NCBI GenBank assembly: GCA_965247585.1
Contig: CBDFHC010000005.1
Coordinates: 896,334-960,333, forward strand
Reading direction: 5' to 3'
Length of the DNA stretch: 64,000 nt
Source of the DNA: Dehalococcoidia bacterium
GTDB taxonomy: Bacteria; Chloroflexota; Dehalococcoidia; Lucifugimonadales; GCA-2712585
Shown here piece after piece: positions 47,135-57,080 of the stretch (position 1 is its first letter; each line of letters starts with the position of its first letter). The position numbers were made by a program, and so were the translations under genes. The notes beneath the pieces were generated by a model. It was not told the origin of the DNA. It saw only the letters and a program-made list of their open reading frames with translations, and made no database searches.

Positions 47135-48364
47135 CTAAGGGATTCCCACCACTTGATGGAAGGCCTTGGCCATTCGCTCCATTCCCTCCCAGGTCTGCTC
47201 CTCGGTGGGAAGAGCGTAGCAAAGCCTAACATAGTTGTGGCCGTTACGGCTGTCGTCCTCGGGGTAGGCGGCCCACTCAGGCCCCGAGTTGTAGGCCACG
47301 CCCTGCTCCCGGGCCGCCGCCACCACCGTCCGAACGTCGACGTTTTCGGGGAACCGGACCCAGAGGAACATGCCGCCGCGGGGGACATCAACGTGGACTA
47401 ACGGGCCGAAATGCTCACCCAGCGCGGCCATCATAGTATCCCGCTTCCGCTCTAGGCCGGAGCGAAGATGGTCCATGTGGCTCTCGAAGTTGTGCTCTAG
47501 GAAATCGGCCACCACCATCTGGCTCAGGGTGCCGGTCCCGATGTCCGTCTTGAGGGCCAGCATCTGTCCCATGACCTGCCAGGGGGCCACCACGTAGCCC
47601 AGCCTGACCCCGGGAGCCAGGGACTTGGAGAAGGATCCCACGTGCAAGACGAAGTTGGAATCATCCAGCGAGCGGATGGCGTGCTCATATTCGCGCTCGA
47701 ATATCAGGTCGGCGTAGCACTCGTCCTCGAAGATGGGCACCCCATACTTCTGACTGAGCCGGAGCATTTCGCGGCGGCGATCCATGCTCAAGGTGGTGCC
47801 GGTGGGGTTGTGCAGCGTGGGGATGGTGTAGATGAATTTGGGCGTCACGCCCTTCCCTTGCAGCTCCGACAGCGTCGCCTCCAGCCGGTCCATCCGCATG
47901 CCCCCTTCGTCCAACGGGACGCCGACGATGTTGACGTTACGTCGACGCAGGTTGACCAGCGTGCCGGCGTAGGAGAAGAGCTCGGTTATCACGGTGTCGC
48001 CCGGCTCCAGCAGCGAGTCCATGACCAGGAGGATGCCCTGCTGAGAGCCGGAGGTGACGATTACCTCGTCGGTGGAAACGTTGATGCCGCGGTGCCGGGC
48101 CATCTTCTGCACCAGGAACTCTCGCATGGGCAGGTAGCCTAGCAGGCTCCCGTTGGTCTGGTGCTCCGGGTAGACGGCCAGCGTCCGGCCATCGTTCCGC
48201 AGCGCCCGGGTGGCGGACTCGATGAAACCCTCAATGGGCAGCAGGTCCGGGCTGCCGTGGCCGTAGGTGAAGTTGAAGGGCGGGAGATCCGTGGAGGGTG
48301 GGGCGGAGGGCGCCGGTAGATTCTTGGCGAACATCGCCGAGTAGTCCAGGCTGTTTGCAGTCAT
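47135..48364 (-). CDS. PLP-dependent aminotransferase, class I/II
   Basis: 409 aa. Pyridoxal-Lys context GSFSKSLAPGVRLGY. YTIPTLHNPTG. Confidence 0.82.
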   Translation of the reverse strand: MTANSLDYSAMFAKNLPAPSAPPSTDLPPFNFTYGHGSPDLLPIEGFIESATRALRNDGRTLAVYPEHQTNGSLLGYLPMREFLVQKMARHRGINVSTDEVIVTSGSQQGILLVMDSLLEPGDTVITELFSYAGTLVNLRRRNVNIVGVPLDEGGMRMDRLEATLSELQGKGVTPKFIYTIPTLHNPTGTTLSMDRRREMLRLSQKYGVPIFEDECYADLIFEREYEHAIRSLDDSNFVLHVGSFSKSLAPGVRLGYVVAPWQVMGQMLALKTDIGTGTLSQMVVADFLEHNFESHMDHLRSGLERKRDTMMAALGEHFGPLVHVDVPRGGMFLWVRFPENVDVRTVVAAAREQGVAYNSGPEWAAYPEDDSRNGHNYVRLCYALPTEEQTWEGMERMAKAFHQVVGIP

Positions 48365-48538
48365 TTCCCCTCCCGAAGGTGATAGGACTTTTCTATGGCA
48401 GTGGACACCTAGTTTAGCCCGTCACGGCGTTCAGTCAACGTTTCTTCTTCCGGCCTACGGAGGGCGTCTGTCCTGAGCTGCGGCTAGATGCGGAAGTTGA
48501 CCGCGTCAGCTTACAGGCCAGAGTTTGGGCTAGATTAC

Positions 48539-49972
48539 TCAGGTAAGGGGTTTGCTGAGGACGGCGGGATCGATCTTGCGCGGGATGAGCCTGCCATCGT
48601 TCGGGCATCCGTACAAGTTGCCGTTCTCCAGCATCACCTTGCCCCGGAGGCAGACCACCGAGGGCCAGCCCTGCACCTGCCACCCTTCCCAGGGCGTGTA
48701 GTCGCCAAGGTGGAGGTCCGCTGCGGTGACGGTCCGTTTGACGGAGGGGTCCATGATGACGATATCGGCATCGCTGCCCTGGGCGATGGCGCCCTTGCGG
48801 GGGTAGAAGCCCAGCAGCTTTGCCGGATTCGTGGAGGTGATTTCGACGTACCGCTCCAGGGACATGCCTTGCTTGACCACGCCCTCGGAGTAGGCCACGC
48901 CCATACGGATCTCGATGCCATTATTGCCGCCCTGAACGTCCAGCACGGTGCGGCCGCGGGTCTTATCGGCGTAGCTGGTGCCGATGGCGTCGGTGGCGAG
49001 GATGTTCAGGTCACCGCGCATCAGACCGTCCCAGAGCCTGCGCCGGTCATCCTCGGACTTGGTGGAGGGGTAGGTGTGGTACTTCATACCGTCGTGCTCG
49101 TGGTAGTTCTGGGAGTTGAAGGAGCAGTAGAGGAGGATGGTCTCGCCGTCCACCGGATGGCCGTTGGCGCGGGACTCCGCGATGGCGTTGACGCCTTCCC
49201 GGGCGCTGGTGTGGACGATGTACATGGCGGCGCCGGTGTGCTCCGCGATCCGGACGGCGCGGCGCACGGCCAGGTCTTCCGAGAGGTTTGAACGAATCTC
49301 CGGTAGGTGGTGCCAGGACCACCGTTCCTCCTCCTGGGCCAGGGCGTAGTTCCACTGCACCATCTCGTCGTCCTCGGCATGGATGGCCACGATGCCGCCG
49401 TGGCGGGCGGTCTGCTCCATGATGGAGGCAAGCTGGCCGGAGCCGATGAGCATGATAGGGCGGCCCGGCGCCGGGGCGTGGTTGGTGGTGAATACCTTGA
49501 CGCTGGGGAACCCGGCGTTTATCAACTCGCCTATCTGGCCGATGGTCCGTGGCGTTGCGTTGGGGCCCTGGTAGGTGCAGTGGGCGGAGTAGTCCACATA
49601 CATGTGGCCTGGGAAGCGGTCCATGTGGTCATGCACGGCCCGCAGCACGTCGCCGTCAGGTGACTGGGTCGCAGTGGCGAAGTCGAGCATGGTGGTGGTG
49701 CCGCCCCAGAGGGCGGCCAGGGATAGCTCCTCCGGCCCGGCGGTGACGTTGCCCCAGAAGGAGCTGAGGTCCGAAAAGCCCACGTGGGTGTGTGCCTCGA
49801 TGCCGCCGGGGATGACGATCTTGCCCATGGCATCAATGGTCTTGCCGGCCTCCGGGGGAGGGTCCGCCGGAGGCGCCGCGGAGACGATCTTCTCACCCTG
49901 GACCCCCACGTCCCAGCGGCGCACGCCTCCGGGGGTGACAACGCTCCCGCCGCTAATTAACAGGTCCAGCAT
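48539..49972 (-). CDS. Cyclic amidohydrolase (D-hydantoinase / dihydropyrimidinase-like)
   Basis: ATG 49972 (MLDLLISGG) with AGGAGG upstream. GGIEAHTHV metal motif, SVKVFT (carbamyl-Lys context), AIHAEDDE, HTSA. Confidence 0.82.
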   Translation of the reverse strand: MLDLLISGGSVVTPGGVRRWDVGVQGEKIVSAAPPADPPPEAGKTIDAMGKIVIPGGIEAHTHVGFSDLSSFWGNVTAGPEELSLAALWGGTTTMLDFATATQSPDGDVLRAVHDHMDRFPGHMYVDYSAHCTYQGPNATPRTIGQIGELINAGFPSVKVFTTNHAPAPGRPIMLIGSGQLASIMEQTARHGGIVAIHAEDDEMVQWNYALAQEEERWSWHHLPEIRSNLSEDLAVRRAVRIAEHTGAAMYIVHTSAREGVNAIAESRANGHPVDGETILLYCSFNSQNYHEHDGMKYHTYPSTKSEDDRRRLWDGLMRGDLNILATDAIGTSYADKTRGRTVLDVQGGNNGIEIRMGVAYSEGVVKQGMSLERYVEITSTNPAKLLGFYPRKGAIAQGSDADIVIMDPSVKRTVTAADLHLGDYTPWEGWQVQGWPSVVCLRGKVMLENGNLYGCPNDGRLIPRKIDPAVLSKPLT

Positions 49973-50190
49973 CCCGGGCCTCCTACGCGCAGTTGTGTGG
50001 ATAGTAAAAGGGATTGGGGCCGGGTTGTCACGTGGGGGAGGCGATGGCAAAGGGACGCTGATGGAATTCCCTCGTGTTCCGGATTCGAATCTCAGAACTG
50101 TTGACTAGTACTCAGTCAACTCGGTTTTGGTAATTGTTTAAGAAAACGTCTAAGGTTGCTACCCTTTTTTAGGAGTGTTGACGTAGGAGG

Positions 50191-50669
50191 GTGGCAGCCA
50201 TGGGACGAGAACGGTATGTGGTCCGGTTGGAAAGGGAAGAACGAGACCAGTTGGAACGACTGATTCGCGGGGGAAAGAGCCCAGCGCGAAAGGTTGCCCG
50301 GGCCCGTATTCTGCTAAAGGCAGATACGGGCTGGGGGGTGATCGCATCGTGGAGGCGCTGGACACGTCTGCGGGTACGGTGTGCCGTACCAAGCGGCGGT
50401 ACCTGGAGGGAGGACTGAAGCGGGCCTTGGAGGAAGATCCTCGGCCAGGACATCCGACCAAACTGGATGAGCGGGGGGAAGCGCACCTGATTGCCCTGGC
50501 GTGCAGCGAGGCCCCTCCAGGCCATGACCACTGGACCCTGCGGCTCCTGGCAAACAAGGTGGTGGAGTTGGGGCTGGCGCCCTCCATGTCCCACGAGGGA
50601 ATTCGCAAGCGGTTGAAAAAAACAGTCTCAAGCCATGGCAGAAGAAGGAGTGGTGTATTCCCCAGGTGA
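50191..50669 (+). pseudogene. IS630 transposase N-terminal (HTH) part, disrupted by a 1-nt deletion relative to copy 2
   Basis: Copy 1 reads GTGATCGCATCG where copy 2 reads GTGATGCGCATCG. This splits the ORF into 75-aa and 106-aa pieces. Confidence 0.85.
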
Positions 50670-51313
50670 GCGCCGAGTTTGTGGCGTGTATGGAGGATGT
50701 GCTGGACCTTTATGCGGAACCCTATGACCCAGAGCGCCCGGTGGTCTGTTTCGACGAGACCTCCAAGCAGTTGCTGGCGGAAAAGAGGTCTCCGATCCCG
50801 CCCAAGCCGGCACGACGGGAGCGATACGATTACGAGTACCAGCGCAATGGCACCCGAAACCTGTTCATGCTGTGCGAGCCCCTGGCGGGCTGGAGGCATG
50901 TGGCAGTGACCGAACGTCGCACCATGGTGGACTTCGCTCAGCAGATGCGGTGGCTGGCCGATGAAGCTTACCCAGCGTCCGAGAAGATCCGGGTGGTGCT
51001 GGACAACCTCAACACCCACAAACCAGCTTCCCTCTACGAAACCTTCGAGCCCAAGGAGGCTAGGCGAATACGCAAACGCTTGGAGTTTCACTACACTCCC
51101 AAGCACGGTAGTTGGCTCAACATGGCAGAGATCGAGTTCAGTGTCTTGGCCAGGCGAGTCCTGCGCCGGCGTATTGCCGATGAAGAGACTTTGAGTGGCG
51201 AGATCGCGGCCCTGGAGGCAGAACGAAACCAAGCCGGAGCAACCATTGACTGGAGATTCTCCACTGTGGACGCCCGAGTCAAGCTTCACCATCTCTATCC
51301 TGCCAACAATTAG
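50666..51313 (+). CDS. IS630 transposase DDE catalytic part (orfB frame)
   Basis: 215 aa identical to copy 2. VVCFDETS, VVLDNLNTH, WLNMAEIEF. The real N-terminus lies upstream in this frame (KNSLKPWQKKEWCIP). Confidence 0.85.
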   Translation: MSAEFVACMEDVLDLYAEPYDPERPVVCFDETSKQLLAEKRSPIPPKPARRERYDYEYQRNGTRNLFMLCEPLAGWRHVAVTERRTMVDFAQQMRWLADEAYPASEKIRVVLDNLNTHKPASLYETFEPKEARRIRKRLEFHYTPKHGSWLNMAEIEFSVLARRVLRRRIADEETLSGEIAALEAERNQAGATIDWRFSTVDARVKLHHLYPANN

Positions 51314-51346
51314 GTTGACTGAGTACTAGCTATCGTATTCCGGAGT

Positions 51347-54300
51347 TCACGCCCTAAGAATCTCCCGCCGGGACAGCACTCGCTCCATTAGAGGGCGCAT
51401 CCCCAGCTCCCGGGAGATGGTCAGCGACTCGTCCAGCAGCGACATGGCCTTCTCTCGGTCGCCGTCGCCCTCGCGCTGGAGCAGGGTGTCAGCATAGTCG
51501 CAGCAGCTCCAGGCCAGCTGAGGCCGGTAGCCCGCCTTGCGGCACCGCGCAAGAGCCTGCTCGAAGTGGGAAACCGCCTTCTCGTAGCCGCCCATGGTCT
51601 GCGCCAGGAGCCCCAGCAGCCGAAAATCTTCGATGCCCCCCACGACCGAGGCTAACCCGAGCCCCCTATGCGATTCGATGGCCTGATAGTGCTCTTTCGC
51701 CTCGACGCCGGCACCCCTCTGTATAGCCACAAGGGCCAGGCCCACCCTCGCTACATAGGCAATAAGCGGCGTTACGGATTGGAACGACAGCAGCTCTTCG
51801 GCCACCGCTTGCGCCATGGGCAACCTGGTTGTATCACCGGAGATGCTCCAGGCCACCGGAATCGCGAAAGCCACAAACCCCCGCTCTATTGTATGTAGGG
51901 CCGGGAGGAACAAGTCTCATCACTTCCAGCAACGTCTCCAGGTAGCCCTGGCCCTCAGCCTCATTACCTTCATCGAGCTCCAGCAACGCCCGGCCACAAA
52001 GGACCCGAGCCTCCCTTGGGGATACATCCAGGGATCGGTTGCTGATCTGGCGAGCAGCAGCCCACTGACCTATGGACTGGGATAGAACTTGGTTGACGTA
52101 AAGCGATCGCGCCAGGAAGAAGGGGTGCCGAAGCTTTTCAGCCGCCGCGACGCTGGCCTGGGCGTGGGGAGCAGCGGCCACAGGCTCTCCACCGACCAAA
52201 AGGGACAGCGCGGCCCAGAAATGCGCCAGCGACTCGGAACGAGGATCGTCGACTCTCGCGGCCAACTCGATGGCCCTCAGGCTCTTGTCCAGGACATCCT
52301 GGTAGTACAAGTGGTAGAAATCTACGTCCGTAGCGGCGACCAACGTCCGCATCTCCAGGCCCTGGTCTCCCTCCCTCCGGGCAATGCCCAGGGCTCGGTC
52401 CAGGGCCTCGCGGGCAGCCGAATAGTCGCCTTGCTCCATGCCCATCACCGAGCCATGTCGGGACAGGAGACGCGCCTCCTCTAGGGAGCCAGGGGAGGCT
52501 AGCTTCAAAGCCCTGGCAAGAAGCGGGCCCACTCCCGTGACCCGTCCGGCGGCAGGGGGCAGAGGGGTTTCTGCCACCGCCGCAGCTTGAACTTCGTCTT
52601 TCGTCCCATCGTAGTAGTCAAATGCGCGCGTCAAGCTGTTCACCGCCTGCGGGACCTGGTCCGTTGGAAGAATGGCTACCTGAGAGCGGCCGAGCCCGAA
52701 AAGTAGCGCGGCCGCTTCGGCGTCCCTGGCAGGCTCCGAACCTTCCAAGAGAGCACCCTTGCCATTCAAGCCCGTCTGGAAATGGGTCAGGGCCCTCTCG
52801 CCAGGCATAGGAGGCCTGCGCCCTCTCCCCCGCCATCAGGGAGTACATCACCAGCTTCTCGGCGCCAAGAACTGTCTGGGCCTCAGCGTAGTGATGGGCC
52901 AGCTCCGATGCATGGGCCTCGGCCTGGTCGCCGTAGAGGGCCTCCAAGGCCTCGGCGATTCGGGCGTGGAGCCTCACCCGCCGCGTGGCAGAAAGCTCCT
53001 CCGCCAACGTCTCCTGTATCAGCGCATGGGTGAACTGGTAGCGCCCCACACTCCGGGGCAGCTCTTCGATGACCCGTGCTGCCAGTGCCTCCTCCAACAC
53101 CTCCATCAGCCTGTCCTCGGTCAAGTCGTCTATCAATGGCTTTAGCTGGTCTATAGAGAACTCCCGCCCTATCACCGAGGCGATGGTCAAGATCTGGTTG
53201 CAACGCTCCGATAGCCTGTCCAGCCTCCTCCCTATCACCTCCCGCACTCCCTCGGGTATCCTCACGCTCCATGTGTCTGTTGTTCCCTCTCGCCTTGGGT
53301 CGGTCGAATGGTCACCTGTCAGCACTCCCTCCTGCACCAGGAGGCGCACTATCTCGGTCACGAACAGCGGGTTCCCCTCGGTCTGACGGTACACCGCCTC
53401 TATCATGTTCCGCGGAGGTTTTGCTCCTGATACCAGCTCTATGAACCTCCCAACGTCTTCCTGACTCAGCCCCCGCAGCAGGATGCGCTGGAACAGACGC
53501 TCCCGGGTAAGCTCGCCCAGGGTCTGGGATAGGGGGTGTCCCCGGCTTACCTCTACATCCCGGTACGTTCCAATCACCAGCAGCCGGGCGTTGGCCAGCT
53601 CCCTGGTCACAAACTCCAGCAGCAGCAACGATTCCCGGTCTGCCCAGTGCAGGTCCTCCAGTATCAGCACCAGGGGCTGTCTCCTCCCTGCCCCCTTCAG
53701 GAAGGCCGTGATGGAGTCAAACAGCCTGAACCGGGCCTGCTCCGGCTCTAACTGGGGTGGCGGCTTCACGTCGGGAAGCACCTCCGTAATGTCGCTCACT
53801 ATCTCGGCTATGTCCGCCGCGCCCGCCCCCATGACAGAGCGTAGCTCCTGGGGGTCCTGTTCTCTCACATAACTCCTTATGGCCTGCACCCAGGGCCAGT
53901 ACGCGGGCGCTCCCACCCCCTCGTAGCACCTGCCCCACAGCATCTGGCACTGCCTCAACCCCGCATAGGTGGCAAGCTCCTGGGCAATGCGGGTCTTCCC
54001 TATACCCGGCTCGCCTACCAGTGTCACCAGCCTGCCCCGGCCAGACAATGCATCCTCCAAGGCTGCTTTCAGCTCCCCCATTTCACTCTGTCTGCCTACG
54101 AACACACCTCCCGCCAGGCTGTCCAGCACCTGGGCCTCCCTGTCAGAGGGGGCCTCCACGGCGCTCACATCAATGGCCTCCAGCGCTGCCAGCACATCGG
54201 TGGCGGACTCGGGCCGCTCAGAGGGGTCTTTGGACAGCAACCTCATGATCAGGGCCTCAAGGGGCCTGGGACACTCCCCGCTGTGCCAGGAGGGTGCCAC

Positions 54301-55212
54301 AGGAGGGGTGTTGATGTGCTGGCCTATGATGGCAATCGGGTCGTCCCCCAGGAAGGGCGGCCTGCCCGTCACCATCTCGTAGAGCATGGCGCCCAGCGCG
54401 TAGAGGTCTGCCTTGGGGGTCACCTCGCCACCCATCGCCTGCTCCGGCGGCATGTAGGACACCGTCCCCACCATCATGCCGGCCTGGGTCAGGCGGGAGC
54501 GGTCCACCGCCACAGCAAGACCTAAGTCACCGATCTTGGCCGTGCCGTCAGCGGTGAGCCACACGTTCCCGGGCTTCAGGTCCCGGTGGACGATTCCCCG
54601 CTCATGAGCGAACGTGAGGGCCCGGCAGACGCTAATGGCTATCTCGATGGCTCTATCAATGGGCAGCTTGTGGTCTGGGGCCTCCGCAATAACGCCCTCC
54701 ACGTCGCCACCACCCATAAGCTCGCTGACCATGTAGGGCTGACCCTCTTCCAGCCCCAGATCGAACACGGCGACGATGTGGGGATGGGAGCCCAGGCGTC
54801 CCATAGCCTGGGCCTCTCGTGAGATGCGGGTTCGGCCCGCCTCGTCCAGCCCCTCGGTCTTGATAAGCGCGAAGGCCACGTCTCTGTCGAGGAGGGAGTC
54901 GTGGGCCAGGTAGACCTTCTTCTTGCCACCCTCCCCCAGGAAGCGCTGCACCTCATAGCGGCCGTCGGCGAAGGACGTGGGTTGGGTAACGGTGGATGAT
55001 GAGGAAGGGGAGGGGGGCACAGCTATAGAAGGTGGTGACAAGGGCGTGGAAGAAGATTCCAAGCGGTGACCGCAGCCATCGCAGAACCTTTGATCGAGCG
55101 TATTAGAGCGTCGGCAATTGGCGCAGATTAGTTCGGATGCCAGGGTGGTTCCGCAATCACCGCAGAACCGGGCGTCCTCCCTGTTTTCCAGGCCGCATGA
55201 CGGGCATTTCAC
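51347..55212 (-). pseudogene. Zinc-ribbon / Ser-Thr protein kinase / AAA (STAND-like) ATPase / TPR regulator, broken into three frames
   Basis: ORFs 52618..55212, 51834..52808 and 51347..51913 are colinear, overlapping and in different frames. Motifs: CPSCG..CGDCG, CANC..CDGCG; HRDLKPGN, DLGLA, SYMPPE; GEPGIGKTR; TPR-like repeats to the C-terminal ELGMRPLMERV. Confidence 0.8.
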
Positions 55213-55373
55213 GGCGAGCCTCCGATTTACGGCGCAATAGGCACTGTGGGTAAGTAGCCCGGGATTGCCGGTCTAGCTCATCTCGGCCTAGTACTCAGTC
55301 AACTCGGTTTTGGTAATTGTTTAAGAAAACGTCTAAGGTTGCTACCCTTTTTTAGGAGTGTTGACGTAGGAGG

Positions 55374-55853
55374 GTGGCAGCCATGGGACGAGAACGGTAT
55401 GTGGTCCGGTTGGAAAGGGAAGAACGAGACCAGTTGGAACGACTGATTCGCGGGGGAAAGAGCCCAGCGCGAAAGGTTGCCCGGGCCCGTATTCTGCTAA
55501 AGGCAGATACGGGCTGGGGGGTGATGCGCATCGTGGAGGCGCTGGACACGTCTGCGGGTACGGTGTGCCGTACCAAGCGGCGGTACCTGGAGGGAGGACT
55601 GAAGCGGGCCTTGGAGGAAGATCCTCGGCCAGGACATCCGACCAAACTGGATGAGCGGGGGGAAGCGCACCTGATTGCCCTGGCGTGCAGCGAGGCCCCT
55701 CCAGGCCATGACCACTGGACCCTGCGGCTCCTGGCAAACAAGGTGGTGGAGTTGGGGCTGGCGCCCTCCATGTCCCACGAGGGAATTCGCAAGCGGTTGA
55801 AAAAAACAGTCTCAAGCCGTGGCAGAAGAAGGAGTGGTGTATTCCCCAGGTGA
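55374..55853 (+). CDS. IS630 transposase orfA (HTH domains)
   Basis: 159 aa. ARARILLKADTGW..IVEALDTSAGTVCRTKRRY and HWTLRLLANKVVE, typical IS630 N-terminal HTH regions. Ends shortly after an A7 run. Confidence 0.85.
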   Translation: MAAMGRERYVVRLEREERDQLERLIRGGKSPARKVARARILLKADTGWGVMRIVEALDTSAGTVCRTKRRYLEGGLKRALEEDPRPGHPTKLDERGEAHLIALACSEAPPGHDHWTLRLLANKVVELGLAPSMSHEGIRKRLKKTVSSRGRRRSGVFPR

Positions 55854-56497
55854 GCGCCGAGTTTGTGGCGTGTATGGAGGATGTGCTGGACCTTTACGCG
55901 GAACCCTATGACCCAGAGCGCCCGGTGGTCTGTTTCGACGAGACCTCCAAGCAGTTGCTGGCGGAAAAGAGGTCTCCGATCCCGCCCAAGCCGGCACGAC
56001 GGGAGCGATACGATTACGAGTACCAGCGCAATGGCACCCGAAACCTGTTCATGCTGTGCGAGCCCCTGGCGGGCTGGAGGCATGTGGCAGTGACCGAACG
56101 TCGTACCATGGTGGACTTCGCTCAGCAGATGCGGTGGCTGGCCGATGAAGCTTACCCAGCGTCCGAGAAGATCCGGGTGGTGCTGGACAACCTCAACACC
56201 CACAAACCAGCTTCCCTCTACGAAACCTTCGAGCCCAAGGAGGCTAGGCGAATACGCAAACGCTTGGAGTTTCACTACACTCCCAAGCACGGTAGTTGGC
56301 TCAACATGGCAGAGATCGAGTTCAGTGTCTTGGCCAGGCGAGTCCTGCGCCGGCGTATTGCCGATGAAGAGACTTTGAGTGGCGAGATCGCGGCCCTGGA
56401 GGCAGAACGAAACCAAGCCGGAGCAACCATTGACTGGAGATTCTCCACTGTGGACGCCCGAGTCAAGCTTCACCATCTCTATCCTGCCAACAATTAG
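55850..56497 (+). CDS. IS630 transposase orfB (DDE domain), probably expressed as an orfA-orfB fusion by a -1 shift
   Basis: The orfB frame is -1 relative to orfA and is already open across the A7 run (55800..55806), encoding KNSLKPWQKKEWCIP. Confidence 0.85.
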   Translation: MSAEFVACMEDVLDLYAEPYDPERPVVCFDETSKQLLAEKRSPIPPKPARRERYDYEYQRNGTRNLFMLCEPLAGWRHVAVTERRTMVDFAQQMRWLADEAYPASEKIRVVLDNLNTHKPASLYETFEPKEARRIRKRLEFHYTPKHGSWLNMAEIEFSVLARRVLRRRIADEETLSGEIAALEAERNQAGATIDWRFSTVDARVKLHHLYPANN

Positions 56498-56621
56498 GTT
56501 GACTGAGTACTAGTCGATAGGACGAGGACAGTATACGCCGGGCCTCTCCTACCCTCTAGTACCTCCCGCGGGCCTTCCAGGTCGGCAAGCATGTTGGCAA
56601 CATGACAAATTCTGAAAAAGG

Positions 56622-56653
56622 AAAAGGCCCCGGAGTTAATTCCGGGGCCTTTT
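56622..56653. terminator. Strong symmetric hairpin (bidirectional terminator-like), unit A
   Basis: AAAAGGCCCCGGA / GTTAAT / TCCGGGGCCTTTT, a 13-bp perfect stem flanked by A and T tracts. Confidence 0.6.
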
Positions 56654-57080
56654 AACGGTCAACTAACTCCAGGAATACGCAGGAGTCCTTGGTGAGTCCA
56701 ACGCAACATATTATCCAGATAAAGCTTGGTCTCGCTCTTCCCGGCGGTAGCGATACCGGAGGTCTCGAACCCGGCCATCGGGCAGCAGCTAGAAATACGC
56801 ACTTCAATCTACGACACCCGGTCTAGGCTGACGCTGAGCCTACTGGTCAAGAGGTGGCTGTCGCATCCTAATCTTAGCTTGCGCAGCAGTACAAAAGCCT
56901 GACTATTCGCTTGGCGTTCACGCGCGCACCGTGAGACCGGGAGCCTTGGAATAGGACCATAATCTCAACCGGCGGGTCATCGAGTAGCTCGAGACTCAGG
57001 AACAGGCGGCTAAGACCCGGATGGCCCTTAAACGATCCTTTGCAGCACGTTCGCGTTAGTTCGTGTCAGCGACCGTTAAC

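Larger units (their letters stand above)
50106..51328 (+). mobile_element. IS630-family insertion sequence, copy 1 (orfA frameshifted)
   Basis: 1,223 bp including flanking TA dinucleotides. Terminal inverted repeats GTACTCAGTCAAC (50108..50120) and GTTGACTGAGTAC (51314..51326). Near-identical to copy 2. Confidence 0.93.
55289..56512 (+). mobile_element. IS630-family insertion sequence, copy 2 (apparently intact)
   Basis: 1,224 bp including flanking TA. Same terminal inverted repeats as copy 1. orfA is intact (159 aa). Confidence 0.93.

Noticed and set aside
50159-51292. 377-aa ORF antisense to the IS630 transposase (and its twin at 55352..56476)
   Set aside because: It spans the whole IS on the wrong strand with a Pro/Arg/Ser-rich sequence. 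The sense strand encodes a canonical IS630 transposase. Conservation between copies simply reflects IS identity.
56735-56790. tRNA-like T-loop sequence (GGTTCGAGACCTCC on the minus strand) in the ORF-free tract after IS copy 2. It loosely resembles the att-like fragment at 59347..59370
   Set aside because: The T-stem halves are not complementary, there is no acceptor stem or CCA, and no cloverleaf can be drawn. Similarity to the att fragment is only partial, so it is not reported as a tRNA or att site.
56657-57080. About 420 bp without ORFs, examined for a structured ncRNA (tmRNA, SRP RNA, RNase P, riboswitch signatures)
   Set aside because: None of the conserved signature sequences I know for these RNAs is present on either strand. 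A covariance-model scan would be needed before calling anything.
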